A program made the translations under genes and the position numbers. This document shows, piece by piece, positions 49,650 through 62,186 of a stretch of 64,000 nucleotides of DNA; within the stretch, counting starts at the first letter, position 1, and every line of letters begins with the position of its first letter. The notes under the pieces were generated by a model that saw nothing but the letters and a program-made list of their open reading frames with translations, made no database searches and had not been told where the DNA came from. Source of the stretch: Anthoceros angustus (taxonomy: Eukaryota > Plantae > Anthocerotophyta); the NCBI GenBank assembly GCA_010909165.1, contig MU008209.1, positions 394,919 through 458,918 on the forward strand. Reading direction: 5' to 3'.

Positions 49650-50175
49650 CCGCCTACTAGCATCGCCTTCTAATGTCACATCACGTTACGCGCATCAAAT
49701 AAAATTTTGAGGTAGGAAATCACAGCATGGAATGGGTCTTGGCCTCACCTTGCAGCTATACATGTACATGAGACCCCGCCATTCTTCCATCGCCTTCCCT
49801 AACTTCACATCATAGTCTGGTTACGCATCAGCTGAAAATTTGAGATAGGAAATAACAGCATGGAATGGGTCTTGGCCTGACCTTGCAACTACTTGCAGTT
49901 GTACATGTACACGAGACACCCCGCCATGCTACTATCGCCTTCTCTAACATCAAATCACACTAGCTTACGCACGCCTGAAAATTTGAGAGGAAATCATGAT
50001 TGGAACAGTGTCTTGGCCGACCTTGCAATGCTCGCAAGTACAAGATCCGCTAGAGACGTGATCCGCCCGCCACCATCCCTTCACCAACCTCATGTCACAC
50101 CGGTTACGCATCACCGAAAATTTGAGACTGGAAATCACAACATGGAACGGGTGTACTTGAAATCACGCATGGAAT
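49650..50175. repeat. Degenerate tandem repeat, about 4 units of 130-145 bp
   Basis: Recurring TTACGCA...AAAATTTGAG...GGAAAT...TGGAA...GTCTTGGCC...ACCTTGCA. Confidence 0.75.
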
Positions 50176-50179
50176 GGGC

Positions 50180-50580
50180 CTCCTCCTTCCCTCTCCCTCC
50201 TCCTCCTTCCCATCTCCCCTCCTCTTCCTTCCCTCTCCCCTCCTCTTGCTCCTCTTCTTTTCCATCTTCCCTCCTCCTCCTTATAATCTCCTCCTTCTTT
50301 CGCTCCTCCTCCTCCTTCCTCTCTCGCCCTCTCCTCCTCCTCCTCCTCTCCTCCTCCTCCTCCTCTACCTCATCCTCTCCCTTTTCCTCCTTGCCTCCTT
50401 CCTCCTCCTCCTCTCTCCTCCTCCTCCTCTCCCCTCCTCCTTGCCTCCGAACGCAGAGTGAGCCTCGCACCACGAACTTAGACATAGGTAAATAATATTA
50501 TGTTTAGGTTACAAGTATATACAAGTATAAATATATATATATATATACATACATAAATATTTATATATATATATAGGAAT
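50180..50580. repeat. (TCC)-rich polypyrimidine tract followed by an AT microsatellite
   Basis: Almost pure C/T at 50180-50445 and (TA)n-rich at 50505-50580. Confidence 0.9.
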
Positions 50581-52499
50581 ATACACAACAAGTGGGCGCA
50601 AACCGTATATATAGATAGACATATAAATAATCTAGAATCCTACTATACATAATCGTAAAACAAGAGTTTTCAATTGTGTATGGAGCTTAAAAACAAAACC
50701 AGATGTGGACACGGGTGCATTGAAGAGGGAAGGTAGATTATAAATGCATAGCTATGCAAAGGAGGCAAAAAGAGAATGACAACCACGGGGAGAGAGATAG
50801 AGTTCTTTGTTGTCATGTAGGAAAAGCAAGAGGGAAGAATAAAATAGTAGCGTGAGAGGGGAACACAATGTTGCAACACAAAGAGGGAAAAATTATAAAA
50901 TGGGTGTCATCTGGAGCATTAACTAGGAGTGTGAGGTGAAAGGAGAGACCAAAGGAGTTGTTAAGATGGTGAGAGAAGGTGGAGAAGAAAATCACAAACT
51001 TAACACCAAGCCAACAAACTTAATGCTAAGCTCTTAATGGTGAGGTGTAAGGTCAACAGACCACTTGCATGTTGTTAAGATGGTGAGAGAAGGTGGAGAA
51101 GAGTATCACAAACTTAACACCAAGCCAACTAACTTAATGAGTGTTCCAAATGGAAAGTGTTACATGAAATTGTAACAAAGGATAACATAAGCAGTTTGCA
51201 TAGTATATGTTTGAAATCATAAACAATGCTTGTGAGAGAGAGGTGTACTTAGGAGGGTGAGGTGATGAGGGAGAGTCGTTCTGTTATTATGATGGTGACA
51301 AAATGAGAAGGAATAGTGTCAAACTTAATACCAAGCCTACAGCTTGTTGCAATTTGGAAGTGTAACATAAAATTGCAACAACGATCGTAATGAGGCTTCC
51401 TTTTCTAGTAGGGTTGCTTGTGTGTGCTTGGGCATACGTCGTCCTGACCATTGTCCGTGAAGCCGGTGGTGGTGCCAATTCATGCCACCCATCACCGGCA
51501 TTGAAGCTAGTGGCAGCCCCATGCCACCCACGATCACCGGCATTGAAGCGGTGGTCGTGGCCACTCATAGCCCGTGACTAGTGGTAATGATCCGGGTGGT
51601 CACCTCCCATGAGTGCTTATAAGCTTGGTCACATGATCACACGATGTGTACCCCCGGTTTTAATTTTCCTTCATGCTTCCGAGTGGATTTGCCAAATTGG
51701 GAGACGATGAGTGTGCGTACAAGGTTCAATCGCAATTGATATTGGAGCTTGCAATGTTATCTAATGAAGAAGCTTGTTTGACAACAAAGGCATTGGAGGA
51801 GCAATCCAAGTTGAGTAACATGAAGCTTGTGGCTGTCCTTATTTGTGCACAAGTTGATGGCGACCAAGCAAGGAACGAGTGTTTTCTCGCCACATGACTT
51901 TCCGGCCTCTACATTGTTGTCTTGCTAGAGGTCTAACTGCAAGCTAATTTTGGGCCATAGGCAAAGGCCGCAGTGTTAGCAGTTAGAGCCTGTCCGCTAT
52001 TACAGAAGCTGCCCTCATAGCCAATAGGAAAAGCGAAGAGCTTGAAGTGATGTCGATCGCCAAGGAGGCGATGTTTTAAACGACACATGCAATGATGAAG
52101 ATGAAGGCTCAATTCCACAATGGATTCTAGCTCCTAGCCACTAATCAATGCCCTTGCAGTGCTACATACCATGCTTGTACCAGTGATTCTCATGTAATGA
52201 GGGTCTTCTTAAGTGCATTGCTTCCACGATGCTTGTTTGTTTCAATCGCTTGCACGCCTCCGTGTCTTGCCCTCTGTGGGATGCAACCTTGATGTGCACC
52301 CAAGATGGCCTTAAATCACGAGGGTGGCCTTTAATAAGTAACATGCCCAATGACTCGTGGCAAGTAGATGAAGAAGAGGACTGGACAGTGGATTACATTG
52401 AACTTGCCTGTGAATAGGAAGAACATGCTAGAGTCACTAGGTCAAATATAAACTGAATCTTGGACCCTTTTTGTTTCCTACTCCAACACCTACAACGTC

Positions 52500-55400
52500 A
52501 ACAACGTCCTGACCCTCTACAGCGTCAGGCAGGAGTTCAACGCCCTCAAAATGAAGGAGTCCGACATGGTGGCGGCACATACCTCAAGATTCCTAGCATG
52601 AGACACCGGTGCCTTGGCCGACCATGACCGACGACGCCTGCCCAATTGCGATGAGCTTACCACCCTCCTACGATCTTGTCACCCCCGATGTCGATGTCAA
52701 CACGGTGTCACCGGCTCCACCTCTTCTCTTCTGGAGGAGATTATCGGAGGCCTATCAACACGAGTGAGCCGCCTTACCTCGAAGCGGGTCCAAGCCCCAA
52801 GGCGATAAGGCGCTGCTTTCAGCCGGAAGGCGCAAGGGAAGCCAACACCTCAAGGGTGCTGACCTCTGCACCTCACGGACGGCAATCAACAAACGGCACT
52901 CCACCACCGCGGAATGCCGGAAGAAGAAAGCCGGGAGCCTCGGGCGGCCAGACGGCAAATGTGGCCGTCAAGGGCAAGACCGAGGACGGCAAGACGGTGA
53001 AGATTCTTACCGTTTGCTTGAGCACCCACCACAACAGGACTGGGGTGGTACAAATGACCGCCCACATCCGCAACGACGACACCCCTCTTCTCCCATTGGA
53101 CCGGTCCACTGAGGAGAGAGGTACTCGGCGACAAGCAAAACAAGTCAAGCCCCGCCATACTCGGCCAAGGGACTTGCGAGCTGCCCCTATCGATGGGACT
53201 ACACTAACCCTAGAGCCCTCAGGCTCTATGTGCTGATGGGGAAGAATCTCGTGTCTACCAATCACTGCATAGCCCATCGAAGTAACTTTTTCCCGCGACT
53301 CTTGTCGCTTTTACGGCCACCGACCAGGCCTCGGGCGCCATCCTCCAAGATGGTCTGATAGACTTATTGAGTAGCAAAACAAGGACCCTTGCTTACGCTG
53401 GACAATCATCAAGACTGCTGCCCTATGGCATGCCAGTCCACATCAACAAGCACAAGCTCATCTCCATGTCCTCAGGGCCTCTACCAAGAGCCACTCCTAG
53501 ATGCTTCCAACACCTCTCGTCGTGAATCTCATCGCCAGCGGAGTCTCCCTTCCGGCGGGGCGATCGGGCCGAGGCCGTCGGCCTTAGTTCATGCCGACAT
53601 ATCCGGAAGATCCATACTCCCTCGGCGGTGCTATATACTATCTCACCCTCACGACGACTTGAGATATATTCTTGGACCTTTCCAATGCATCGAAGAGTGA
53701 GACGTTCACACACTTCAAGGAGGCCCGTCAACGCCGGATAAAGCAAGACCACAGAGCGATAACGCAGAGTTTGTGAACCATGAGTTTGATGCCTTCCCGG
53801 AGCGAGGAATTGAGAGACAACTCACGGTACTACTCCACAGCAGGCAGAAGCGGAGCGCAAGAACCAGACTCCCGTCCATGACCAGGAGCATGCTGCTATG
53901 GTCCGGACTTCCACAAGGTTTCTGGGCGGAGGCGATTGTGGCGGCCACCTATATTCTGAACCGAGTGATCACAAGCTCAGTTCTTGGCCGCACCCCCTAT
54001 GAGGTATATTGGCGATGCAAGCCCAGCATTCAGCACCTACGGGTATTCGGCTCGCCAGCCTTTGCTCACATCCCTGCCTAGAAGCGACGCAAGTTGGATG
54101 ACAGGGCAAAGAAGCTTATCTTCGTGGGCTACAGTGAGAGCTCCAAGGCCTATAAGCTCTTCGACCCGGAGACGCACGACATCACCTTGGCGCGCACCGT
54201 CACCTTCTCGAGCCAGCCGGCCAGAGGGAGACGTCGGTCGCGACCAGCGATACCGACAATGCAGCCCCACCAAGACGGTGACCTGCCACTTGAGAACCGG
54301 ACGACGGCCCACCCTCGAGGACAACGAGCCTATCGCCCACCGATACCAAGACCACAATGGTACCTACCCATTGCTCACTGTTGATGATGTCCGACGACCG
54401 GCCAGGATCTCGCCCCGCCGAGGAGCCGTGAGCTGTTGGTGACGATGAGCCTATGCCGGCCGCTCGGCACTCAATCCCGGCCCTCGTCGCGATTTCGACC
54501 GAGCCACCATCTCGGCGAGCCGCCTACCCATTGACGTGATGCCTTGACTCTCTATTCGGCCTTATCTCCTGCGGCTCTTGAGGAACCGACCACTCTTTCC
54601 CAAGCCCTAGACCCGAGTCCTCGAGTGGCGGATCGCTGAGGATGAGTACGAGTTTGCTTCAAAACAAAACTTGGGAACTCGTCGACCCGCCTGGAAGGAA
54701 GCCCATCTCCGCAAGTGGACCTTCAAGCTCAAGCTCAACGCCCAAGGACGGTGGCTCGTTTAAGGCCCCCGGTAGCTCGTGGATTCTCCCAGGTTGAAGG
54801 CCTGGACTATCAAGAGACCTTCTCCCCGGTGGTACGCGCGCAATCCATACGGGTTTTGCTTGCCCTTGCGGCTGAACTGGACCTGGAGCTCCACCAAATG
54901 GACGTCAAGACCGCCTACCTCTACGGCATCCTGGACGAGGAACTCTACATGGATCAGCCAGAGGGCTACGTCAGCAAGGAGTTTCCCCATAAAGTGCTCC
55001 GGTTAAGGAAGTGCATATATGGCCTCAAGAGGCGAGTGTATATTACTATGCACATCTACCGCTCAAGCATTTCCTTCGTCAGTGACGTAACGCGGCACAC
55101 ATTGACTCGAGGCCTTCACTTTGTCATCCTTGCCTTGTATGTGGACGACTCATCCTCTCCGCTAACAACCTCGACTTAAGGAAGTTAAAGCCTCCTAAGC
55201 TCCCGTTTGAGATGAAGGACATTGGGAGCTTCAATTGTCTCTTGGAATTGATTTTAAGGAGCCGAAGGAAGCCGGTCATCCATCACACAAGTACATCAAT
55301 GAGATACGCCAAGTTCCTGGATCAAGCCGGCGCCGTCACCACACCCTATCTGGGCACTAAACTCACCGAAAGGCTGCGCTGCAGACAAAGAAGAGGCCAA

Positions 55401-56315
55401 GGAAATGCATGGGATTCCCTATCGCCATGCCAGGAAGCCTTCTCTTCGCTAGTGGTTGGACACGACATCCATTACTCCGTTTCCATGATCTCAATTCCTA
55501 GAGACACCGCAAGGCGCATTGCGCGATCAAGAGAGTGTTCGCTATTTGAAGGGCACCACGACATACGGGCTAATGTAGAGTGGAGGAACGGCAAGCTCCT
55601 CCTCGGTGGCTACACTGGACGCCAGGGCATCGACCAGACTCGAGGAAGAGCTTAAGTGCTCATTGTTTTCTGCTATCCTCAGCTGCTGTGAATTGGAGTT
55701 GTAAGAAGCAGACCTCTATAGCACTCTCTTCTACAGAGGCCGAGTACAAGTCACTCACCGATGCCTCCAAGGAAGCTGAGTGGGAGAGGGCCTTCCTAGC
55801 CGACACTGGCCAGAGACAAGACCAGCCGACATCACTCTACTGTGACAATATGTCGGCCCTGGCCCTGATCTCAAGCCCCAAGTTCCACGCCAGGACGAAG
55901 CACATAGAGATTCAGCATCACTATATCCGAGATGTGGTTGAGCGCAGGGTGCTACCACGTGCCCACCGAGGACAACTGTGACGCCCCGACAAAGGCCTCG
56001 CCAAGGCATTACACAAAGACATGTGAGCATGGGGCTAATCGACCGCCTTACCTCCCCAACACTTGAGGACCGTAAGATGTTTCGACAGAGGGAGTTGTAG
56101 CTCGTGTTCGTTACCCTTAAGAGGGAGTGTTAAGACTAGTAAGGGTCACATAACCCTAGCTAATAGTCGTGCAAGTTAGGCTAACCACGGCTCGTTAACA
56201 ACAGATCCCCCTACGAAGGGGTGTCTGGGCTCTAAAAGGGCCCCTAACCTATGTACTTCTTTAATCTTTTCTAATTCATGCTTCCGCTATTTTCTATACA
56301 TTAGGAAAGTTCACA
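52500..56315 (+). mobile_element. Ty1/copia element 2, 5'-truncated and frameshifted
   Basis: EFNALKMKESD gag motif, integrase GFWAEAIVAATYILNR, RT MDVKTAYLYG, RNase H KQTSIALSSTEAEY...HARTKHI, purine tract AAGAGGGAG (56119-56127) and an LTR starting TGTTAAG at 56128. Confidence 0.85.
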
Positions 56316-56324
56316 TCTTGCTTA

Positions 56325-56900
56325 TGCGCCATGATGCAAACGGCAGCTCACGCTCTTGGTTCTTCCTCTCCCACGTTGAACACACGCGATTTGGGGCCTA
56401 TACAGCCTTTCACACCTATAGCTAAATTATTCTTGACCTACTTATCCGCTCATAACGGATCTATTTTCTAGAACGAGTATTTAAAAGAAATGCATCCTTG
56501 GACTATGGGCCAATCAAAATAAAGGACATGTTCTTGGTTAAAAATGACCAACTAGAGTAGTTTATAAAACAAACATACATCAACTTCACATTCTTTTAGT
56601 GCGTACCTTAGTCCTTGTGTTTGACGTTGTGGTGCGACGGCTGCGATCCGGCAGCCCCTTGGGGCGCAATGTCCCATGGCGGCCCAATCCTCGGCCGCCC
56701 CGGCCGTGGATCCATGTCCCATGGTCGATCCCGTGCAGCCTCCGTGGATCGCATGTCCCATGGCCGGGCGTAGTCCCGGCCGGGACCGCCATGTTATGGC
56801 TGGACAGCCCCCGGCTGTCCGGCCAGGCTGGGCTCATGTCCCATGGTCAGATGCACTGTCCCATTGTGGACCATGTACCATAACAGGTCTTGGCAACCTC
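56325..56900 (-). repeat. Diverged, truncated family-A-type A repeat
   Basis: Shares ATCCGCTCATAACGGAT, CCTTGGACTATGGGCCAATCAAAATAAAGG and the terminus GGTCTTGGCAACCTC. Confidence 0.8.
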
Positions 56901-59900
56901 GATGCACCTTTTGTGTCTCTCTTAATAGACAATTTCAGTGTGAACTTCCGTGATGAATCTACGCGAGGTTGGTTAGAGACGTCTGATCAGCATCAAACTG
57001 GTTCGATGCACCGTCTTCTCGTCACAAGAAGGCCGGGAAGATCCCTGGGTGGTCGAGAGCGGAGTGGCCAAGCTCCACGTCTGGGAGTGGTGGGAGGTAG
57101 CTGGCGCATGCCGGGGGTGAGGTAGGAATTTCCGCGGAAGGCTGGGGTGAGACTGCCGAAAGGCGAATCGCCCAAGTACTGACCAGTGTTTTCCTTCCTG
57201 TCCCTCCTTCCCAAACCGCTGCCACCAGGACGTGTTTCATTCCATGAGAGGGGGTCTGTGTGGCCCGAGGTGAGGTCTGTGTGGCCTGTGAGAGAGGGAG
57301 AGAGGATTTATTTGTGGAGTGGAAGGTCCCCGGAGGCGGTTGAGTGTCTTGTTGTAGGGGATTGTATGCGTATGGGGAAGTCGGGAAATGATCGAGAAGA
57401 GTGGAAGTGAATGGTGGGGTCATGGGAAACTAGCGGCGAGTGAGGCGCCAAGCATTCGAGGTCGTGGTGCATAACCCTCGGAGAAGATCCGATCATGAGT
57501 ATCCTGGAAGAGAAGTAAGAGTACATGTAGGTGTGTGTGTATGTCCATAAGCCCCAAGGACCGGCGAGAAGCCGGGTGAAAAGTCACCCGCGACACGAGG
57601 GGCGCCGTGGGTGGGGCCCGCCATATGGTTGAGCCAACCACACGGGTTGAGCCTTCCACTGGTGGCCGAGTCTTCCACGGTGGTGGCCGAGTCTTCCAAG
57701 GTGGTGGCCGAGTCTTCCACGGTGGTGGGTTTGGGCATGGTAGCTGGTTACGGAGGGGTAGTGATCGATTGTGGTAGGACTAGAGTCCATAGTTTTAGAA
57801 CATCTTGACACAAAACCATTCCCTTGGGATCGAATCCTAGGACTATAACGACATAGAGGGTAAATGTGGCCTCTTTGCATCTTCGGATGCAAAAACCCAT
57901 TCCACATTTTGGCGCCGTTGCCGGGGAATGAAACTGCTGTCAAGGTTATGGGAAGACTAACCATAGCTTAGGTGTCTAGTTTGGAGTGTATCTAGTTGGG
58001 TAGATGGATGCCACGAGTTGAGTCGGAGGATTCAGAGTTAAGTCGGGACGGAAAGCCTCAAGTGAAGCAACAGCGCCAAGCACTGGAAAGGTTGAAAAGG
58101 GTTGCAAACCGGGAGTTGAGGAGGACCCAACCGGAGGATGCGCCTGTCGGGAGGAGAAGGGAAGTAAGGAATCAACCAGGGGTCGGGGGTCCGATCTTGT
58201 TGGAGCAAGATCCCCAACCTCTAGACTTGGACGGTACCACGGCCAAGGAACCTCGACCAATTCCATCTTGACCTCTCTCTTCCGGTGTATGCGGTTTTGC
58301 GGTCAATCAACTTCCACAGGGACCGTTCTTTGAATCAACCCACGGTTCGAATCGCCACGATAGTCATGTCACCACCGTGCGGTGATGGTCACCACCAAAC
58401 CTGTACCCGTTGTATGGGGAGGGAAGGGTATGAGGACCACAGTGAATTTGTTGGCGTTTTGAGCGGTGACATTTTACCAAAAGGCGGAGATGCAGCGCTT
58501 TGTTCTATGGAGTTCTTCGGGAGGTCCAGCAAAAGTGGTATAGGCGAATACCATCAAGTCGACCACACCTACCTTTGAAGAGTTAAAACCGCCTATACAT
58601 GAGAGGTTTAGGGGCAGCGTGGAGGGATCGTGTTGTCCAAACTTGAAAAGGCTAGAGAGGAAGGAAGGAAACCTTGCAGCGTATGTTGAGAGGTTTCACG
58701 ACTTCTGTGATCAAAGTGGCCCTCATTCGGAGTTGCGAACATCGGTGGTTCGCTAAAGGCACAGGTTCTAAGATGGGGAGACACGTAAGGTTGCAAGCGG
58801 AGAAGAGTGGGCAAGGCTATCAGGCGCTAAATTATAGAATCTAACCCGCATGATATAAAGAGGCTAGGAAGGGCGGAGGAAGCCCGGCAGGAAAAAGAGA
58901 AGGGATTCCTCATCCTCCTCGGAAGAAAGTTCATCGGTGAAGAGAGCTCCTGAAGATTCCACGAAAGTTCCACGGAGGAAGAAAGCAGTGGCAGTTCGGA
59001 GGCGTCATTAGATGAGGCGCGCGGAAAAAAAAAAATGAAGGGTCGCTGCAGGACAACAAGAGCTGGCAAGGCGGCAAGAAGCGATGTCTGTGAAAAGGAT
59101 GCGGAGCAAGCAAGGAGGGAGGCCGAGGTGGCAGAAAGTGGAACAACAGGAAACAAGATGGAGATGATAGCAAAATTTGAGAAATTCCATCTTAAGCGGT
59201 AGGAACACGAGAGAAGGAGAGGCATCGATCCACGGGCTAACCTCTTACATTCAGCGTGTGGACAGAGGTCACTCCAAGGCTAATTGCCCAACAACGAGAG
59301 TGCATCTGCTCGGATATGAGGAGGAAGAGGAAGATACCGTGGAGGATACATACCAAATTCAGAAGTACAACAAACCGTGCCAAGACTATGTATCCCTCCA
59401 ACTTACGAAATTCGCGGGCGTAGGCGTCAGAATCACCGCGGGTAATAACCAATGGGCACCCTGTTATACATCGCAACCTTGGACACTATGCGCACAGTTG
59501 CCCTTGGCCAACTCGGCAAGGCAATGGAGATTTCGATAAACTGTGCCAAGATTGCAAGCAGCAGGGGCATTTGGCAGGAAGTGTACTCTGCCAGAACCCC
59601 AGAAAAGGGGGTTCAGCCGGCTCCAGCCAAGGTTCTGTGCCTGCCATGCATGTAGAAGACGCGCTGATGGCTGTATGGGAGGACGCCAAGGTTAAGACCC
59701 TAAGAAGCTTAGAGGGTTTAGATGCCACGGATAGTGATTATTATGGGAAGGCATCCGCCATGGTTGTCGAGCAGCGGGCTCAAAAGCTAAGGAAAGAGGC
59801 GTGGGGAAAGAAAAGAAGGAAGGAGGTGACGACCACGGTGGTCGGATGAGGGGAGCGATCTCGCCGCGCCAAGCGAGGAAATGTCAAAATTTGCGTAAAC

Positions 59901-62180
59901 GCGCTCGAGGTGGAACGGACCCAAGCGCATCCGGTACTTTGGCGGACGAACCAATGGGTGAAGGTACGTGGATATGAGTTCAGGCGAGGTGGAAATTCAA
60001 AGCAGGAAAAGGAATCGCGACGGACATAGTCGTGAAACTTTACAAGCCCCAGAATTGCCGAAAGGGGAAAAATGGGTTAGGATTTCCACCGGACGTGCGG
60101 GAAGAGGTTATGGATATGATCCAGGAGGAGCTGAGTAAGAAGGCCACGGTAGTGGAGGCGGAGATGCGGTTTCAATGCCACAGTCGCCACCCCACGAGAG
60201 ACCCGTACGAAGCCTAAGGGGTCTACAACCAACGTAAACCCTGGCGGGGGAAAGCAGCGAGAAGGTGCTTCCTTTAACTTAGCAGAGGCCATCATGGATC
60301 AGCATTTTATGATCACATTCGGACAACTCCTTCGAGACAACCCACGGTATAGGCAGCAGATCAGGAGGGCATTGAAGGAAGCCCAGCCCAAGAAAAGGCG
60401 ATGCCTTCCTAAACCAGGTCCAAGGCCACTTGCTGTGAATCTAGTATCCATGGTTGACCAAGGACCAGCTGAACTCCAGGTAGAGATTGCGGGGTGCGTC
60501 ATAAAAGGAGTACCTCTCGATACGGGGTCAGGTGTGAATATCATGACGGAGGAAACGGCTAGGAAATTGGGGTTGGAAATCGAACATACAGGCAAGGTTT
60601 TGCGGTTGGCGGATATGTCCAGAATGGTGCCAGTAGGAGAACTGACAGGCGTGTTAACGATCATTGGGACCATCCCCTATCTAATGGATTATGTAGTCAT
60701 CAAGCACAAGTCGCCGGGTATAGTGTTTTAATTGGTCGAACTTGGATGTATGGATCTCAATGCACGCTCAAATGGGGAAGAAAGGAGGTCGGATTCAAAC
60801 CTCTGGAATGGGACCCTAAGACCAAGGAAGGTAGGATTTGCTTAACTGGAGTAAGGACATGTACGCTGGCGAGACCCCAACGAAGCGGAAGGATACACCT
60901 CGGCGAAGACACATCGGGAGATGGAACAAGAAGACAAATTTCCTTTCGCACATCTCATGGTCGGCGAGGAGCAGGATTATCGCAGATATTCTCGATCAAT
61001 CGGTGGTGTATGGGGTAACCATAGGCTGCCGATTTCGATGGAAGAAGGAGAAAGCGAAGGGCAGGAACAACCGAATGAGGAGGATGAAATAGGCATCACG
61101 CGTTTCACCTCGGAAGATCTGTTTAGAGAGTGGGGCATGCGAGAAGAGGAACCGAGGGAGCCAGAAGAGGGTTTTGGAATCAGCTCCGCACCAGTAGAGC
61201 GTGAATGGGTACAGGCGGATGAGGTTAAGGATGTCGAGGTGCTTCCAGGAAAAGTGCTCAAATTCTCCCGAACAATGGATGTAGTGCTTGAAGAGGGTAT
61301 GAAACAGCTGCTTGCACAATTCATTGATGTCTTTGCCTTCAAGGTGACCAATATGAAGGGTATACCCAAGGAGTGGGGGGAGCATAGGATCGACTTGGAA
61401 CCTGGAGCAATCCGAGTGAGGATTCCGCAGTACAAGTTAAATCCTAAGTACTCATTGAAGGTAAAGGATCAGTTGGAGCTGTATCTCAAGGCGGATGTAA
61501 TCTATCCTATCGTCAATACCGAATGGGTGGCTCCGATTGTGGTGGTCCCGAAGAGACAGCCAGGAAAGATTTGGGTTTGCCAAGACTGGCGAAGGTTGAA
61601 TAAGGTCACCAAAAAGGATCATTTCCCATTGCCCTTCATCGATAACATCCTGGATCTGGTCGCAGGTAGGATGGCGTATTCCTTTTTAGATGGGTATTCA
61701 GGCTATAACCAGCTGCATCTCCGGGAAAGCGATTGGCCACTGATCATGACCGCCTTTACAACGGACTGGGGGACATATGCCTACAAGCGCAGTGCATTCG
61801 GGTTGACGGGGGCGCCTGGGTCTTTCATGCGAACCATTGTCAAGATCTTCAAAGACTTCCTCAGGGACTTTATGGAAGTTTTCTTGGACGACTTTTGCGT
61901 GTTTGGAGCTGTGAAGGACCATCTGATGCACCTTCGAAAGTGTCTGGAACGATGTCGAGCCACACAATTATGTTTGCATCCTAGAAAAGTGCTATTTCGG
62001 CATGTCAGAAGGAATCTGTTGGGACATCGAATTTCGAGCAGAGGTATAGAGGTTGATCCCGACAAGGTCAAGGTCATAGCCACTCTAAAAGCTCCAACAA
62101 CGCTAAAGGAACTTCGTGGGTTCCTTGGGATTGGTATTACAGACGCTTGCTCCAAATTTTGCAGCAGGTGCTCCACTACT
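56901..62180 (+). mobile_element. Family D Athila/Tat-like (non-chromovirus) gypsy: partial 5' LTR, PBS, gag, protease, RT
   Basis: LTR ends at 57906; PLDTGSGVNIM protease; RT WVAPIVVVPK...KDHFPLPFID...SFLDGYSGYNQ...FLDDF. Confidence 0.85.
57910..57927 (+). promoter_or_regulatory. Primer binding site, tRNA-Asp type
   Basis: TGGCGCCGTTGCCGGGGA, 3 nt after the LTR end; typical of Athila-like elements. Confidence 0.85.
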
Positions 62181-62186
62181 GGGCGA

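Noticed and set aside
50135-50495. Glu/Arg-rich and Ser/Pro-rich ORFs
   Set aside because: Translations of the (TCC)n low-complexity tract.
51600-52430. Possible host exons on the minus strand
   Set aside because: No consistent splice phase or recognisable domain could be established.
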